NCBI RefSeq assembly: GCF_009834535.1
Contig: NC_045696.1
Coordinates: 12,216,001-12,280,000 of the forward strand
Direction: 5' to 3'
DNA: 64,000 nucleotides
Origin: Camelus ferus
Lineage: Eukaryota
The translations under genes and the position numbers were made by a program. Positions 25,926-39,139 of the stretch are shown one piece after another. The notes under the pieces were generated by a model, which was not told the DNA's origin, did no database searches, and worked only from the letters and a program-made list of their open reading frames with translations. Within the stretch, counting starts at the first letter, position 1. Each line of letters starts with the position of its first letter.

Positions 25926-27289
25926 ATCCCCTTGTACTGCTACTATCTCTTCTCTGTTACATCTACGTTGGCCGTAAAATCTAGCACAGCGCTTTTCCTA
26001 CCATTCATGAAAAATAGCTGGGAATTAAAAAGATTTTATACTTACTACTTTCTTATAGCAGGTAAATATTCTTTCCTTTTTTTAAAGGAGAAGACAAAGG
26101 CTCACTGAAATTGTGATTTGTCTTAAATTAGTATGCCATGGGATATGAATTAGATTAAAGTTTTCTTTCTCTTGACCATGGTGTGCACTGTCATTGTTTG
26201 AGTCAGAGTCTCTTCCTGTTTTCGGCTCATCAGCCAGAGAAGATGCTTGTCCATATTCAAAAAAGTAAAAATCTCACCAAAGAAGACTTTGTATCAAAAG
26301 TAAAAAACAGGCATGACATTTTAAGCTCTTTTCACTGGCAGATGATAAACAGGAAAATATTAAACCAAGAACCACTGAAATGTCGAGCTATTGTTACCAA
26401 GACAATAAAAACGTTACAGAAATAAATTCTTGGTTTTGAAATTTTTTACGGCACGAGTTCTCATGATTACAGACCAAAGCTTTTAAGAAGACTAACGCAT
26501 TCCTCCAAATCAAATCAAATTGCTTTGTTACAAAGTATTTCCCTTCTTTCATTTTCTCCTGTGTTTTGTGAAGACTCCTGAAATGTTAGTTATCCTAAAA
26601 ATGTGTTACAAATATTTAGCAAAGGAAGTCAATTGTCATTTATTTTAAATATTGCATTTAACAATAGGACAGTTGACATCCTAGGTTTTTTCTTCTTTCT
26701 GATTTTTTTTTTTAAATCCTTGGAATTTAAAAACCTTTCTGCGTGACTTTGTTACAAAAAAAATTGTAACAAAAGTCAGTAAAGGGAAAAAAAAATCAGC
26801 AGATTTAGGGAATAGAGTCATCTAAAACGGCTATGAACACCACCTGCATTTCAGCTGCAAATGTGGATCAGGTCACAAGGAGGAAGTAGGCATTCTGGTT
26901 TTATATTCAGCTAAAAAGTAGCAAGAATAAGCAATTTATGTGTATATTTTCTCTATAATTCTATTTCAAGTTTTAAAGTGATTTGAAATGTTAGTCAAAT
27001 TGTAATGAGCCTTCTTCTTTCCTCTTTTAAGTGATGTAGTTGAAACGAAGTGGAGTAAATAAAGGTCCTGTAGTGATGAACAGAAAACCCAGAAGCCAGG
27101 ATGCTACTTGGTCTGAGATGTTCACTTTTTAAATCCCTTAAGATTTTGGCAAAAGTTGGAATGAAAAACAAGTTTGTAAGAGACTAGTTGCCAAACATCC
27201 AAGGATTTGAGAAGTGACCAGAAGGTTAATAGATGACAGTAATATAGAGGGGCAGAGATAGGTCAAAGATCCCAATAAGAAGGAGTGGT

Positions 27290-28200
27290 ACTCTGGTAGA
27301 AGCAGTAGGGAGCCAGGAGAATGTTGACCATTTCACCTTACCCCTCAGTTTGTCAGGTATATAAGTCTCCCAGAAAAGGGTCTTTCTGGCGTCCTTGGAG
27401 AATTCTCACGCTTCATTTAGCAGAAGGAGGTAGAAGAGGATTCTCAGGAAAGCCAAGAGTGTTGGAGAGTAGTCCCACTCAGTATAAAGGCTAGAAGATG
27501 GCGTAGAGAATGGGGAATAAGGGCGAAGCTGAAGAGTTACAGAGCAAGTACAAGGCGAGGAAAGAGGGTATCAGTGAGGGGAGAGTGTCCCTTTCGCTTG
27601 GTGAACAGGGAGTGTGTTAACTAGACAAAGCTGGTGATTTTCTTTCAGTGTTCCAAGTCATCAACTAAGTGTACATACAAGACAGTGTCTGTTTCTTGAA
27701 ACAGAACATTGAAGGCTGCTGCGAGGTTTGAAGAAAGGCAACAAGAGCAGGGCTGGTTTATGATGCTCAGGGATAAAGAGAAGGCGCTGAAGAGGGAGAA
27801 GGTTTGTTCTAGAGACGCTGTCCTGCAGCGTGTAGAGCAGGAGAACGGGCGATAAGGGAACGGTTTGCCTCCTGGAGTAGCAGCTTAAAAAGCCTGTCAA
27901 GTGAAAGGCTTGTGACTGATTTCTGCACCAGGCCAGCGCTGTGACAGGTTTAAAGAAGAACAAGGAGAATTCTGGTTACAAGGCATTTCTTCCAGAAGCA
28001 GAGACTCAATCACACTTTGTAGAAGAGGCACCATTCAAAAGGGAAGGACGGGAAAAGGTAGAAGCTTTAATGATACAGGAAGCCTGCAAATAAAGGCAAT
28101 AAAAGCTGAGACTCTCCAGAAACAGCTCATTTCCAAATGTGACTGTGAGTAACCTCATAACTTCGTGGCATTGCATTTAAGATGAAACCCAAAGTAACAA
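27290..28200 (-). mobile_element. ancient L4-like (RTE-X) LINE reverse transcriptase fossil
   Basis: Ordered degenerate motifs on the minus strand across frameshifts: HEVMRLL, FKPVTAL, LVAFL/NLAAAFN/SVSRNR, KGTLSP, LYTE..LLSNTLG, EMVN/FSWL. Confidence 0.6.
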
Positions 28201-28439
28201 ACCAAGTTAAAAAAATATGTAAAGATTTACATGATATATGTAAAAAATGTACAAGAGTAATTGTTGGCCAAATGAGGTGTATTGCTTCAACCCTTCTACT
28301 TTGGTAAAAGAACGACATAGTAAATAGAACCACCATAATAAACAGAAAAAGTCTGCATTAGCAGTAGGACTATCATGTTAAAATTTTTCCATATCCTATC
28401 AAATAAATACAAATGCTTTTAACCGTATTTCAGAGAGTT

Positions 28440-28790
28440 GGCTCATCCCGAGTTAGGCAGATTATATCATCTGAGGGCCCAGTCCCCATAAAACAACTTT
28501 CACTTCCGGCACCAGCTGCAAGTCTGAGCAGCCCCAGTGCCGCCCTCGTTTCAGACCACCTGGCTACAAATTCCGGGGTTACCACAAACACCCTTGGGTT
28601 CAATCATTTACTAGAAAGACTCACAGAACTCACTGGATGTGATTATACTCTCAGTCACATTTTTCACAGGCCAAGGATACAAATTAGAACCAGTCATAAG
28701 AAAAGACACAGAGCACAAAGTCTAGAAGGATTCCAAATGTACAGATTCCACCGTCATCAAGGTCTGTTAACCTCTTCGCATCCATGTATG
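28440..28790. mobile_element. MER21-like LTR fragment
   Basis: tgagggcccagtcccc...ggctacaaattccgggg...ctagaaagactcacagaactca; explains ORF 28413-28865. Confidence 0.8.
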
Positions 28791-28804
28791 ATAATATGCA
28801 AATA

Positions 28805-29290
28805 CAGGCACACGTTGTTTGACTGTGCTCCGAAGGATCGTGTTTGGCAGATACTGAGCTTTTAACAAATTGAAGGCTTGTGGCAGCCCTGCACTGAGCA
28901 AGTCTGTCAGCACCATATTTCCAACAACATTTCTTCAATACACGTCACATTTTGGTAATTCTCGTAATGTTTTGAAGTTTTTCATTACTATTATATTTAT
29001 TGCGATGATTTGTGGTTAGTGATCTTGGATGTTACTATTGCAAAAAGATTACAACTCACTGAAGTTTCAGATGAAGGTTAGCATTTTTTAGCAATATTCT
29101 TTTTAAATTAAAATATGGACTTTTTTTTCAGACACAATGCTATTGTACACTTAATAGACTACAGTACTGTATAAACACCTTTTATATATGCATTTGGAAA
29201 CAGAAAAATTTGTGCGACTTGCTTTATTGAGATACCCTCTTTATTGCAGTGGTCTGGGGCTTAACTCACAAAACCTCCAGTGTACGCCTA
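28805..29290 (+). mobile_element. Tigger1 internal-deletion derivative (Tigger1a-like)
   Basis: TA-caggcacacgttgtttt ... aacaaattgaaggcttgtggcagccctgc ... gtacgccta-TA. Confidence 0.9.
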
Positions 29291-29406
29291 TATTTTATTC
29301 AAATATATGTGTATTTGTGGAGACTCTATTTAATAAATATCCGTTGAGCAGGTTCTGTGTGCCAGGCACTGTCTACATCTTAGGAAATTACTCTTTTTTG
29401 GTCTCC

Positions 29407-29886
29407 TGAGAAGAAGCATTGACAGATTTTTTTTTCTACCAGACTATCTTTTTAAGGATGTTTGTGCAGCAAGCAGCCTTGAAAGAGAGAGATAGTGTCT
29501 CCTTCCAGAGCAGAAGGTAGATTTACTTTATGTCCAGGAATTTAAAGATAATGCTTCCTCTGGGGGAGAGACCTGGCAGAACTCCCTGAAGCCTCATGCT
29601 AAGATCGGGGTTACCAAGCTCAGAGTTCTTCAGATGTGATCAAGCACTGTGAGCACAGCATGTACCTGGGCCCACATCCAGACCACTCCCATGGGATCTG
29701 AGGGATGAGGAGCAAGAGAAACCGATATAAATATGAACTCAGACCGTCTGCTGTGCCATGAGTAGTAAAGTCATTTGTCTCTGGTCCAGGAGCCTCGTGC
29801 CTTCTGCCAACACCCATCCCCCTGTGGCAGGCTAACTTGCCAAACTGCAGTTGGTTACGATCTCAGGCTCTTCGTGGATCTTGACA
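29407..29886. mobile_element. ERVL-type solo LTR (MER74/MER77-like) inserted into an L2 tail
   Basis: agtaaagtcatttgtctctgg...tgtggcaggctaacttg...ttgaca end; L2 antisense sequence on both sides (~29325-29395 and ~29887-29955). Confidence 0.75.
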
Positions 29887-30034
29887 CTAGGGACCGTGAG
29901 TAGAGTGGTAAACAAAACAGGCAATTCCCTCTGAGCTCCTGAGCTTATATTATAGCTGTGTCTACTTTACATGTGCATTTGTTCACATGTGTTTGTACAG
30001 ACAGACTATGTACTTCTATTTCCTCACTTCTAAT

Positions 30035-30170
30035 GTACTCCACAGCAGATTTCTCTAATGAAATCAGTCTTTCAAAGGTCACCGATGGCTTCCAATTTGC
30101 CAAACCTAACAATCTGTTCAATTTCATCCTTCCTGACCTCACCACAGTTTTTGGCATGTGGTCCATTTCT
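30035..30170 (+). mobile_element. LINE-2 RT remnant
   Basis: EISLSKVTDGFQFAKPNNLFNFILPDLTTVFGMW resembles ETALxKVTNDLxxAKxNGxFSVLILLDLSAAFDTV. Confidence 0.8.
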
Positions 30171-30289
30171 GTATCTTGAAATCTCAGCTGATCCTGGAAG
30201 TGTTCTCATGAGATCCACTGAGATTAGTAGTGTACTTTTATCTTTATCCACAACACATAACCTTCATAAAAATACCTGTATATACCGGA

Positions 30290-30832
30290 TTTTTTTATTT
30301 ATGTCAATTTAGCTGAGACTGAGAACTATGTACCTCAGAATCCCCTTCGCTAGATGATTCTGGATTTGAGCTGGATAAAAAAGGAGCTCGTCTGAGTGAA
30401 GAAACCAACAATCTTGGAAGGCTGTGACTGTCGAGAACAGGGTGACAGAAAGTCATAGGGTGTTCATTGGGCTCCAGTTTCAGCTCATCTTTTTACTGCT
30501 TCCATCAACCTACAGTAGCTCCAAGCCAACTACCAAGCTATATTGAGGGGGTAGCTTCCACAGACCTCTTCTCAAACACCTCTTCTTGTATAAAGTCCCA
30601 ATTTGGTAGCCAGACATGTGCATTTTCTGGAGCTTTCCAGCAATTTCTGACCTGTCCACCCACAACAGGCTGTCTCAGTGAGTGACTTTTGCTGAATTTA
30701 ATTTCCCTGTTCCAGACCTTCTCATGCCCAGGTCCTGCTACATGTCTGTAAGCTTTAATTTCTATAATAAATCCCTTCTACCCATAATACCATTAGTGCT
30801 CATGTTTACAGACCAAATTCTAAAAGATACCA
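30290..30832 (+). mobile_element. LTR33-like ERVL solo LTR
   Basis: tatgtcaatttagctgagactgagaactatgtacctcagaatcccc ... aataaatccc ... aagatac. Confidence 0.7.
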
Positions 30833-31072
30833 TGCATTAGATTAAAATTAAGTAATTATTCTTTAAAAATTAATTACCCATTCTATGAGTAAAACCTGGG
30901 AATTTTTCTCACTAGTTCTCAGAATGAAAGACAGAGGACTTATCCGAAGATATATATGAACCTTTGAAACCTCTAAAAATAAGGTATATCATTAGACTAA
31001 GACAGGGTTGTTTATAAAATAAGGGCATTTAGACTCAAGAGCTGTCTATTTCAGTCACACATTTAGTCTTCC

Positions 31073-31441
31073 ACTAAGGGCTGAATCATGCCCCTCTATC
31101 AAACTCATATGTTGTAGCCTTAACCCCCAATGTGACTATATTTGGAGACAGTGTCTTTAGGAGGTAGTTAAGTTTAAGTGAGGTCCTGCATGTAGAGCCC
31201 TACTGTACCCGGACCACAGCCTTATAAGGAAGACATATAAAGGAGAGGAAGACAGAGAGGAAGTCTCTCTGCTTTGAAGACATGATGAAAAGGTGGCTGT
31301 CTGCTTCTCAGAGTCTCATCACAACCAAGCGTGCATCCTAATCTTGGACTTTCCAGGCTCTAGGGCTGTAAGAAGATTAATTTCTGTTGTTTAAGCCTCC
31401 CAGTCTATGGTGTTTATCATGGCAGCCTGAGCTAAGATACT
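31073..31441 (+). mobile_element. MaLR solo LTR (MLT1A-like)
   Basis: gggctgaatcatgcccc ... atggcagcctgagctaagatac. Confidence 0.85.
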
Positions 31442-31936
31442 TTCTATACGACCTCAGGCTCAGTTTGTCTGTAGAATCCACTTCAAAAGTCCTGCCTTAC
31501 ACAGCATTCTTGGGTGGGATCATGCCGGGTAGAGCCTTATAGGGGGCACTAATAAATTCAATTTGTACACAGATTTTCATCCACTTCTCCTATAACCAGC
31601 ACCCCAACCTGGCCCTGGCCTGCTTAGGATTTGATGCCTCCAAGTACTTCTCTCTGTGGCGTGAACCATCTTGCTTTCTGTTGATCTCACCTCATGGGCA
31701 TTTTAGGATTATTGCCATCTCTCTGCAGTGATGGCTCCTGTCCAATTCTCTTGCACCATGTGGACTTTATCTTTTTAAATTATTTCATTGGCAATCAAGA
31801 GGAAAAGGTAAATGTGATATCCTGCTTCACCAGCAGTCCCAATATAATAGGCAGAAATCATTTTAAATTACTCTGGTTTAATAATAAAAATTGGTGTATT
31901 TTATAAAAATATTGGGTATAAAAATGTACTGCTTCA

Positions 31937-32480
31937 CAACCTCAATGTCCATCAACAGATGACTGGATAAAAAAGTTGTGGTATATTTGTTCAATGAAAT
32001 ACTACTCGGCAATAAAAAGAATAAAATAATACCATTTACAGCAACATGGATGGACTTCGAGATTGTCATTCTAAGTGAAGAAAGCCAGAAAGAGAAAGAA
32101 AAATACCATATGATATCACTCATATGTGGAATTTTTTAAAAAGTAAAAGAAAAAAGAGGACACTGATGAACTCATGTACAAAACAGACACAGACTCACAG
32201 ATGTAGTAAACAACCTCATGGTTACCAGGGGAAAGGGGATGGGAAGGGATAAATCTGAAACTTTGAGATTTGCAAATGTTAGACTCTATATATAAAAATA
32301 GATTAAAAATAAACAAATTTCTTCTGTGTAGCATGGAGAACTATGTTCAATATCTTGTAATAACCTTTAATGAAAAAGAATATGAAAATTAATATATGTA
32401 TATCTGTATATATGCATGACTGGGACATTAGGCTATACACCAGAAATTAACACATTGAAACTGACTATTTCAATTTAAAA
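31937..32480 (+). mobile_element. young L1 3' end
   Basis: caacctcaatgtccatcaacagatgactggataaa ... gactatttcaatttaaaa; TSD-like tgtactgcttca / tgtactgcctca. Confidence 0.95.
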
Positions 32481-33765
32481 ACGTGTACTGCCTCAGGTGT
32501 TATGTGACTTTGATTGGTTTCTTAGTATTAATTATTTGGGGAGAAAATTATATAACTTTGGAAGCTATATCTTTCAATATATGACCCCTTTAGCATCTTA
32601 GTGACCTGTCAGAATTAACTAGATTACCAAGATGGCCAAGCTGGCTTCTAGGACATGACCAACCCCCTGAAAGAATCTGACTCATTATGTACTGGGCTTT
32701 TCAGTTTGGTGTTTAACCTGGAACAAACAGGAAAGAATCATACACAGTCTAATGCTTGCACTCAAGGAGTTGGTATTCAGTGTTCTGGGCAGGCTTCAGG
32801 GTCTTCTGGGTGGTGTCCAAGCAGCACAAGCTCGTAGCTAGATCACGGAATCAGAACACCAGAATCCTATTCCTATGTCCAACATTTTAGTACAATCAAA
32901 TGGAATGCAGCATTGAAATAAGAAATGCAGTGTTTCAGCTAAATCAGTGTTCAAGTTGGCAACTTATATTCAGTCTGTGCAGAACTGAGGAATTTGCTAT
33001 TGTCTAGACCATGATTTAGACAGAGAGCCACAAATCCCAATGTAGAGGCTATTCTGTTGTTACATAACTTAAATAAATTTCTCCTCCCAAAGTCACTGAA
33101 TAAAAATGCAAGAATGATAAATCTCTAATAAAGTGGGAACGTATGTTGAATAAAACTTATTTATAATCATATATTATGAGATGGTCAAATTCAAAGCATC
33201 CTTATTATTAAAAATATAAGATTTTATTGTGTAGAGGAACTGTCAGGCTGACAAAGTCAATATTACACAGCATTTGTTAATTAAGTATTTGCCTAATCCA
33301 GTATGTTTAATTAGACAAGCCCACAATATTTAAGTAAAGTTATATTAGTCTAGAGAAATCACAGTTACTCAGTGAAGAATTCTAATTTTTACAAATAGCA
33401 AGTTTTATTCTAAAAACAGGTAATTTGTAATGGTAATTGCAAATATTATGTCAATAAGATTGTGCAAAGAAAGGACTCAGTTTCTTATCTTCCTTTCTCT
33501 TTAGTCAGCAGTAATCACTGAGACATGATACCACCGAAAATGGTTTCCCTGTGCAGCTCATTAAATACATTTGATCTTAAATTAGAAAATATGTTTCCAC
33601 ATAAAGGCTACATCAGACAATTTTCCATAAAATAAACTAAGAAAAGTCACAAAATTCATAAGACCTTTCCCACAAAAATAGAAAGCCAATTGCAATAACC
33701 TTTCCAACGGAGAGGCAGACCATTAGAAGTTTCCTCATCCCATGTAGAAAGTTATCATCAAAAAT

Positions 33766-34332
33766 AACTTGTCTATGGGACATTGTGCTAAACATCAGAG
33801 ATTGACACATTGTGATTGACCATACTTCAATTTAAAAAATGTCTATTTATTTTATATATAGTAGTTAGTATCTGCAGATTTCAAACTCCCACCCCCATTA
33901 TCTTCTGGTAACCATAAGTTTGTTCTTTACTTCTGTGAGTCTGTTTCTGTTTTGTAAATAAGTTCATTTGTATCTTTTTTTTAGTTTATACTGTATAGCA
34001 CAGGGAACTATATTTAATATCTTGTAGTAACCTATAATGAAAAAGAATAGGAAAATAAAAATATGTATGTACATGTATGACTGAAACATTATGCTGTACA
34101 CTGGAAATTGATACAACAGTATAAACTGACTATACTTCAATAAGAAAGAATGCCCCCCAAAAATAGGTAAACAACAAGCACCTACCTACAGCACAGCACA
34201 GGGAACTATATTCAATTTCTTATAATGAGCTGTAATGAAAAAGAATCTAAAAAAAATTTAAGTATATGTGTAATTGATTTGCTGTACACCTGAAACTAAC
34301 ATTGTAAAATGACTGCACTTCAATAAAAAATA
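33766..34332. mobile_element. cluster of three L1 3' ends, one 5'-inverted
   Basis: Mini tail 33777-33839 (TSD tgtctat); antisense segment ~33840-33983 joined to a sense segment ~33984-34148; further sense tail ~34160-34332. Confidence 0.85.
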
Positions 34333-35380
34333 AGAATTAAAAAGTGGTAATAATTTGGCTGAGGTAATAAACTCAAATTACATAATCTGTTAAAGAAAAG
34401 AAGTCTGTATGCTATTAATTTCTTAAAAACTATTTTAAGACTATTATAACTGTATTAAGTTGTACTAAAATTAAATGAGAGAGTGAAAGAGATAACCTCA
34501 AAGCTCTTTTCCAATTTAAAATTTTATGATTCTATGACTGTACATTAGGTCTGAAGTAGAATATAGATAAGGCTAAAGTGACAGGGGAACAAATAAAATT
34601 CCCTCTATGACGCTGACCGTATTTATCTGATTTTTTGAAAAGCACCAAAATAGATTGAACTTTCTTTTTATGTCTTTTCAATATTGGAACAGGTTAGTCC
34701 AGAGTTTTCTTCCAAGCAGTTATTTCTCAATGACTTTAAAAAAAGAGAGAGGAATAAATGACTATCTAATAAGAAACAATTTCCTATTATACACTGCACA
34801 CTAAGAAAATTGATTTTGAAGGCTTAAATAAACCGCTAAATATATCTATTATTCAGAGCCTGGCAAATGTGAATTGTGAGTTCTCATTCACAAAAAATTA
34901 TTTTATTTCTTTGACTAAAAAGAAAAGGAATTACACTTGAAGACTCTGGACAATTTTGAAGTTATGGAAGAAAAAATACACCCATGTTAAATTCACTAAT
35001 AGGATTAGATTCTATAACTGTATTATTGTAAGAAAAATATAGTATCAAACTAAGTTTTGTGGCCATGAGATATTGATCAAAAATTCATTAGCTATTTATT
35101 AGATGATTTGGACATATTAATTTCAAATTTTGGATCATGTTGAATAGTCATTTATTTTTCTTGTTTTTTCTAACCAATTTCTCAAAAAAGCGTAAATTTT
35201 GGAAAGAGAAATACTGGGTTCATACTCAGGCTTTGATTTTTACAAACTGTGTAATCATGGATAAATCACTAATTTTCTGCAGATAATTTTTCTTATATCA
35301 CAGAATTGCTAAACTATTTACATTACACAATGAGAGGTGCTTTTAATCTATACACTAACCTAAAAATTTTAATTAGATAA

Positions 35381-37072
35381 TGAGGCAGAGACAGCTGGCT
35401 GTCCATCAGAATCGCCTCTCCACTCCTGTGCGTACTGCTGCAGCTGCTTAATGGAACGGGGGACTCCGTTCCTAAGACCTCCTTGCAACTAATTATGACC
35501 TTGTAACTGCTTCAGATCAGCAAAATGAAAATTTTGTCTGCCACTTTCTGAGCAAGGACATAATCTTGTTCATTCTCCAGGCTCTCTCCCCTTCCACAAA
35601 CCAGATAAAAATGATTATGGTCTCAGGAACTGAGAGAAGATGGAAGAAGCTCAGGTCCCTGAACCTCACTATAGAAAAGACCTTCCCACCAATCAGGAGT
35701 ACACACTTGGGATTGTCACTAGAGGGGTGAAAAAATCAGGCTCTTGTGTCGAGCCATTATCCATTTGGCATATATCTCTTATCACAGCTTAGCATACCCT
35801 TACTAGTACAGAAATCAGTACCCTGAAATGAAGTGCTCCTACCCAGAAAAAAAAAAAAATTAAAATAGATGGCATGGGCTTAGGAGTTCGGGAGTGAGAA
35901 AAAAGATGATGAAGGCTGGAGGTTGGAGACCTGTGCTATTCAGCGTCAAAATATTTAGTTAAGCTGTTGTCCGAGATAAGTTGGAAATCAGAATAGTTCT
36001 TAGAACTGTGGTTCTCAGAAAATTGTGGGAAGGAGCCCAAGTGTTACTGTGTGTTGGCCTCACGTGCTACTTGTAGCAAAGCATTTCAAGAGCAACATGA
36101 GCTCATATATGACTGACCAAAAAGGAGCAGGGCTGTAAAAGTTAGCAGCTCTTGTATTCCACAAAGCATGTACTCCCCAGGTACTCTTAAGGTTTTTCAG
36201 AGAAAAGAATCACCATGTGGGAAAGATCAGATTAAAGGCATTGTTTTCCCGCCCCAGTGTTGTATGGTTTTAAGATGGCACCAACTAAGTTTGGAGAAAC
36301 AGGCATGAGGGAAAGAATGTGAAATTACAAGACAGACTTAAGAATTATATCTGGGAAATAATTTTGAGTATGATTATAGGCACAATAAACTAACTAGAAA
36401 CAAATATTTCTGAAACCTATTAAGATTCTGAAAGAATTATATTGACAAAGAAAGTATGAATCTGGACTTGAAAAGCCAGTGATGAGTGGGCAGTCTTAAC
36501 TCTTGGACCCCTCAGTTTCAACAAACAAGGAGTCAGCTCCGACAGCTGGTCAGCCCTCACAAGGGCAGAATCCTCAATATTGACTTCAAATGATGCCATG
36601 GAGGATATGAATGAGGAAAGAAATCTTAGAAGTGAATCCAGTGGGCCCTGGAGAACAATGGACAAGAGAATCTGTACTCTTTTATAAGGAATATTTTAAT
36701 GCCTGCTCAGCAAAATATGACCAAGGACTAGTGTCCAATTAAGAAGCACATTTACTTGCCCTGCTTATGTCCATATGTGGTTAGTTATCACTAAAGTAAT
36801 ATAACCAAAGATGAAAAGAATCACTTCCAGGCAAAGGATTTAAGAAATTGATTTCCCTCCTGAACGCCTCAGTTCCTCTGTACTAGTAGAGGCCAATATG
36901 ATGTAAGGTAGAGCCACAAATCTGAAGGAATCTGGGTCCCTGAATCACCCTATGGAAAAACACCATCTTGAATTATTGTATAAGCTAGAAATAAAACTGT
37001 ATTGCATTTAAGTCATTTACATCATTTTAGTGTCTGTTTGTGATGACAATTTAGTGCTATCTTCCAAATTAT
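35381..37072 (+). mobile_element. old MaLR (MLT1H/I/J-like) with 5' LTR, internal region and degenerate 3' LTR
   Basis: LTR ends ...cttactagtaca at 35810, then gaaatcagtaccctgaaatg (MaLR-int start); gggtccctgaa..cac..tatggaaaa recurs at ~35655 and ~36935. Confidence 0.75.
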
Positions 37073-37409
37073 AGTTGCATCATTTGGGCATGTTATTTGT
37101 TTAGAGTAGAGCACAACAGTAATGAATTATTTATAAATGTTTGCTTAAGAAGAAAAGCACATGTAATGAACGAAGGTATATGACGCATACTGGGGGGATT
37201 TTTTTCTTTTGAAAGGGGAGATGAAAATTCCTATGTATAACTGGAATTATTTCCACTGCATAATATGAAGAGACAAATTCTATGAGGTCTTAGTAGAATG
37301 ATTATTTTATAGTTATTGTTATATGGTTATTTTCTGAATATTAAAATACTACTGAGATGATTACAGATATCCAAGGTCATTATTATACATGAAGTGAAAT
37401 TTTATGTAC

Positions 37410-37777
37410 TGTGCCATAGACTAAATGTTTGTGTCTCCTCAAAATTAGTATGTTGAACACTAACATCCAATGTAATGATATTAGCAGGTGGGACCTTTGG
37501 GAGGTGATTAGGTCATAAGGGTGGAGACCTCATGAATGGGACTAGTGCCTTTATGAAGGAGATCCCAGAGAGCCCCTTGCCCTCTTCAGCTGTGTGAGGA
37601 CACTGCAGGAATATGACTGTCTATAAACCAAGAAGTGGGTCCTCACCAGACACCAAATCTGCCAGCGCCTTTATCTCAGACTTCCAGCCTCCAGAACTGT
37701 AAGAAATAAACGTCTGTTGTCTAAGTCACCCAGTCTATGGAATTTTTCTTATAGCAACCTAAATGGATCAAGACATA
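37410..37777 (+). mobile_element. MaLR solo LTR (MLT1A0-like)
   Basis: tgccatagactaaatgtttgtgtc ... cttccagcctccagaactgtaagaaataaa ... tcaagaca. Confidence 0.9.
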
Positions 37778-39139
37778 CAATCATGGTTACATATAACTTT
37801 TCTCCTTCTATTATTTTAAATATTTGTTCAAGCATTCTGATTTTTTGCTCAATTTCCAGAGAGTGGTTACAAATTCATGGCTTATCAAAGCATATTAACA
37901 TGAAAACAGATTATTTATTACATAAACTAGAGTATATAATGTGATAATATATCCAATGTGTCACTTTTTACAATATCATCAAATTACATTTTTTCTTATA
38001 TGAACAAGCAAAGTACATGACAATTTTAGAGACTTTATTACTCAAGAACATGACTGTATTTTTCCAGATATATCCATTTTTATCCTGAAAAACACGTATC
38101 TAAGAACCCTCCCCAAAAAATAATCTCTAAAAATTGCTCTCCAAGGAAGAATTCCTCTAAAATTAAGAAAATATTTTTGTCTGAAGATTTTTAAATACAT
38201 GAAATATATTTTTTAAGAGGATGGAGTTATTGTCTTTTATCAGTCTGCAATGGAGAGATATAAAAGAAGAAAAAAACCAAAAACTAGAAAAATGTGTAAT
38301 AGATAAATAACTTTTTACTTAAGAGATGGCATATACTCACTGTAACACCAAAAGTAGTTTTAAATTGGTATTAGAATGTCATATTAAGCAGTAAAAAATT
38401 GTCACATAAATAAATTATCCTTAAGAGAGTTAAGTGCATTTTTAAAAATGGGAAAATATTATTCTTGAAAAAAAGGATTATCTTTCTCCTTAAAGCAGAA
38501 ATAAAGCTTCAGAAGATTGTATTGCTAATCTAATAATAACAACATGACTCAAATTTCAGGACACGCTGTGCTCTAGGCATTGAGCTAAACTTTAGACAAT
38601 GACAAATAGTGTAACTATATCACTCTTCTAAAGAAAATACTTTGAAATCTTACATCATTATTAGACAACATGAGATATGGTTATGTAGAAAGAAAAAAGC
38701 AAAATTCTGTCTTCCTTCACAAAAGCTCTCCCGTGGGAAAACTAAGTATATGTGTATATATATATAGATCAACTATATATAAACACATGTAAATATAATT
38801 GGTTTTAAAAATCAGTTTCCTACTATCTAATAGAAATGAAGGAGAACTAAAAGGCAGACAATCATATTTGGGATGAAATACCTGCATTTTACTTATATGC
38901 TATTTTATAAATGATTATAAGGATAATCTAAGCTTTGCACTTTTTATTGTCTTATTTGGCCTTTGAAAAAAATTGATCAGACATCCCATAAGTGATAGGG
39001 GATAGAGGTAAACAAAACTGTGACCAACATAACTTGCACCTTGAAAATCAAGTGAGAGAAGCTACAGTAGAGTTGTAGGAGAGGAAGTGGGTTTGGAACC
39101 AGAGGACCTGGAGTCTGGCCCAGCATCCACTCTGACTAA

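Noticed and set aside
27073..27116. C/D-box-like pair (GTGATGA...CTGA); similar pairs at ~1329, ~5451 and ~62933
   Set aside because: Only ~40-50 nt apart with no terminal stem; too short for a snoRNA
28413..28865. 150-aa ORF, the longest in the window
   Set aside because: Lies in a MER21-like LTR and Tigger1 sequence; chance frame
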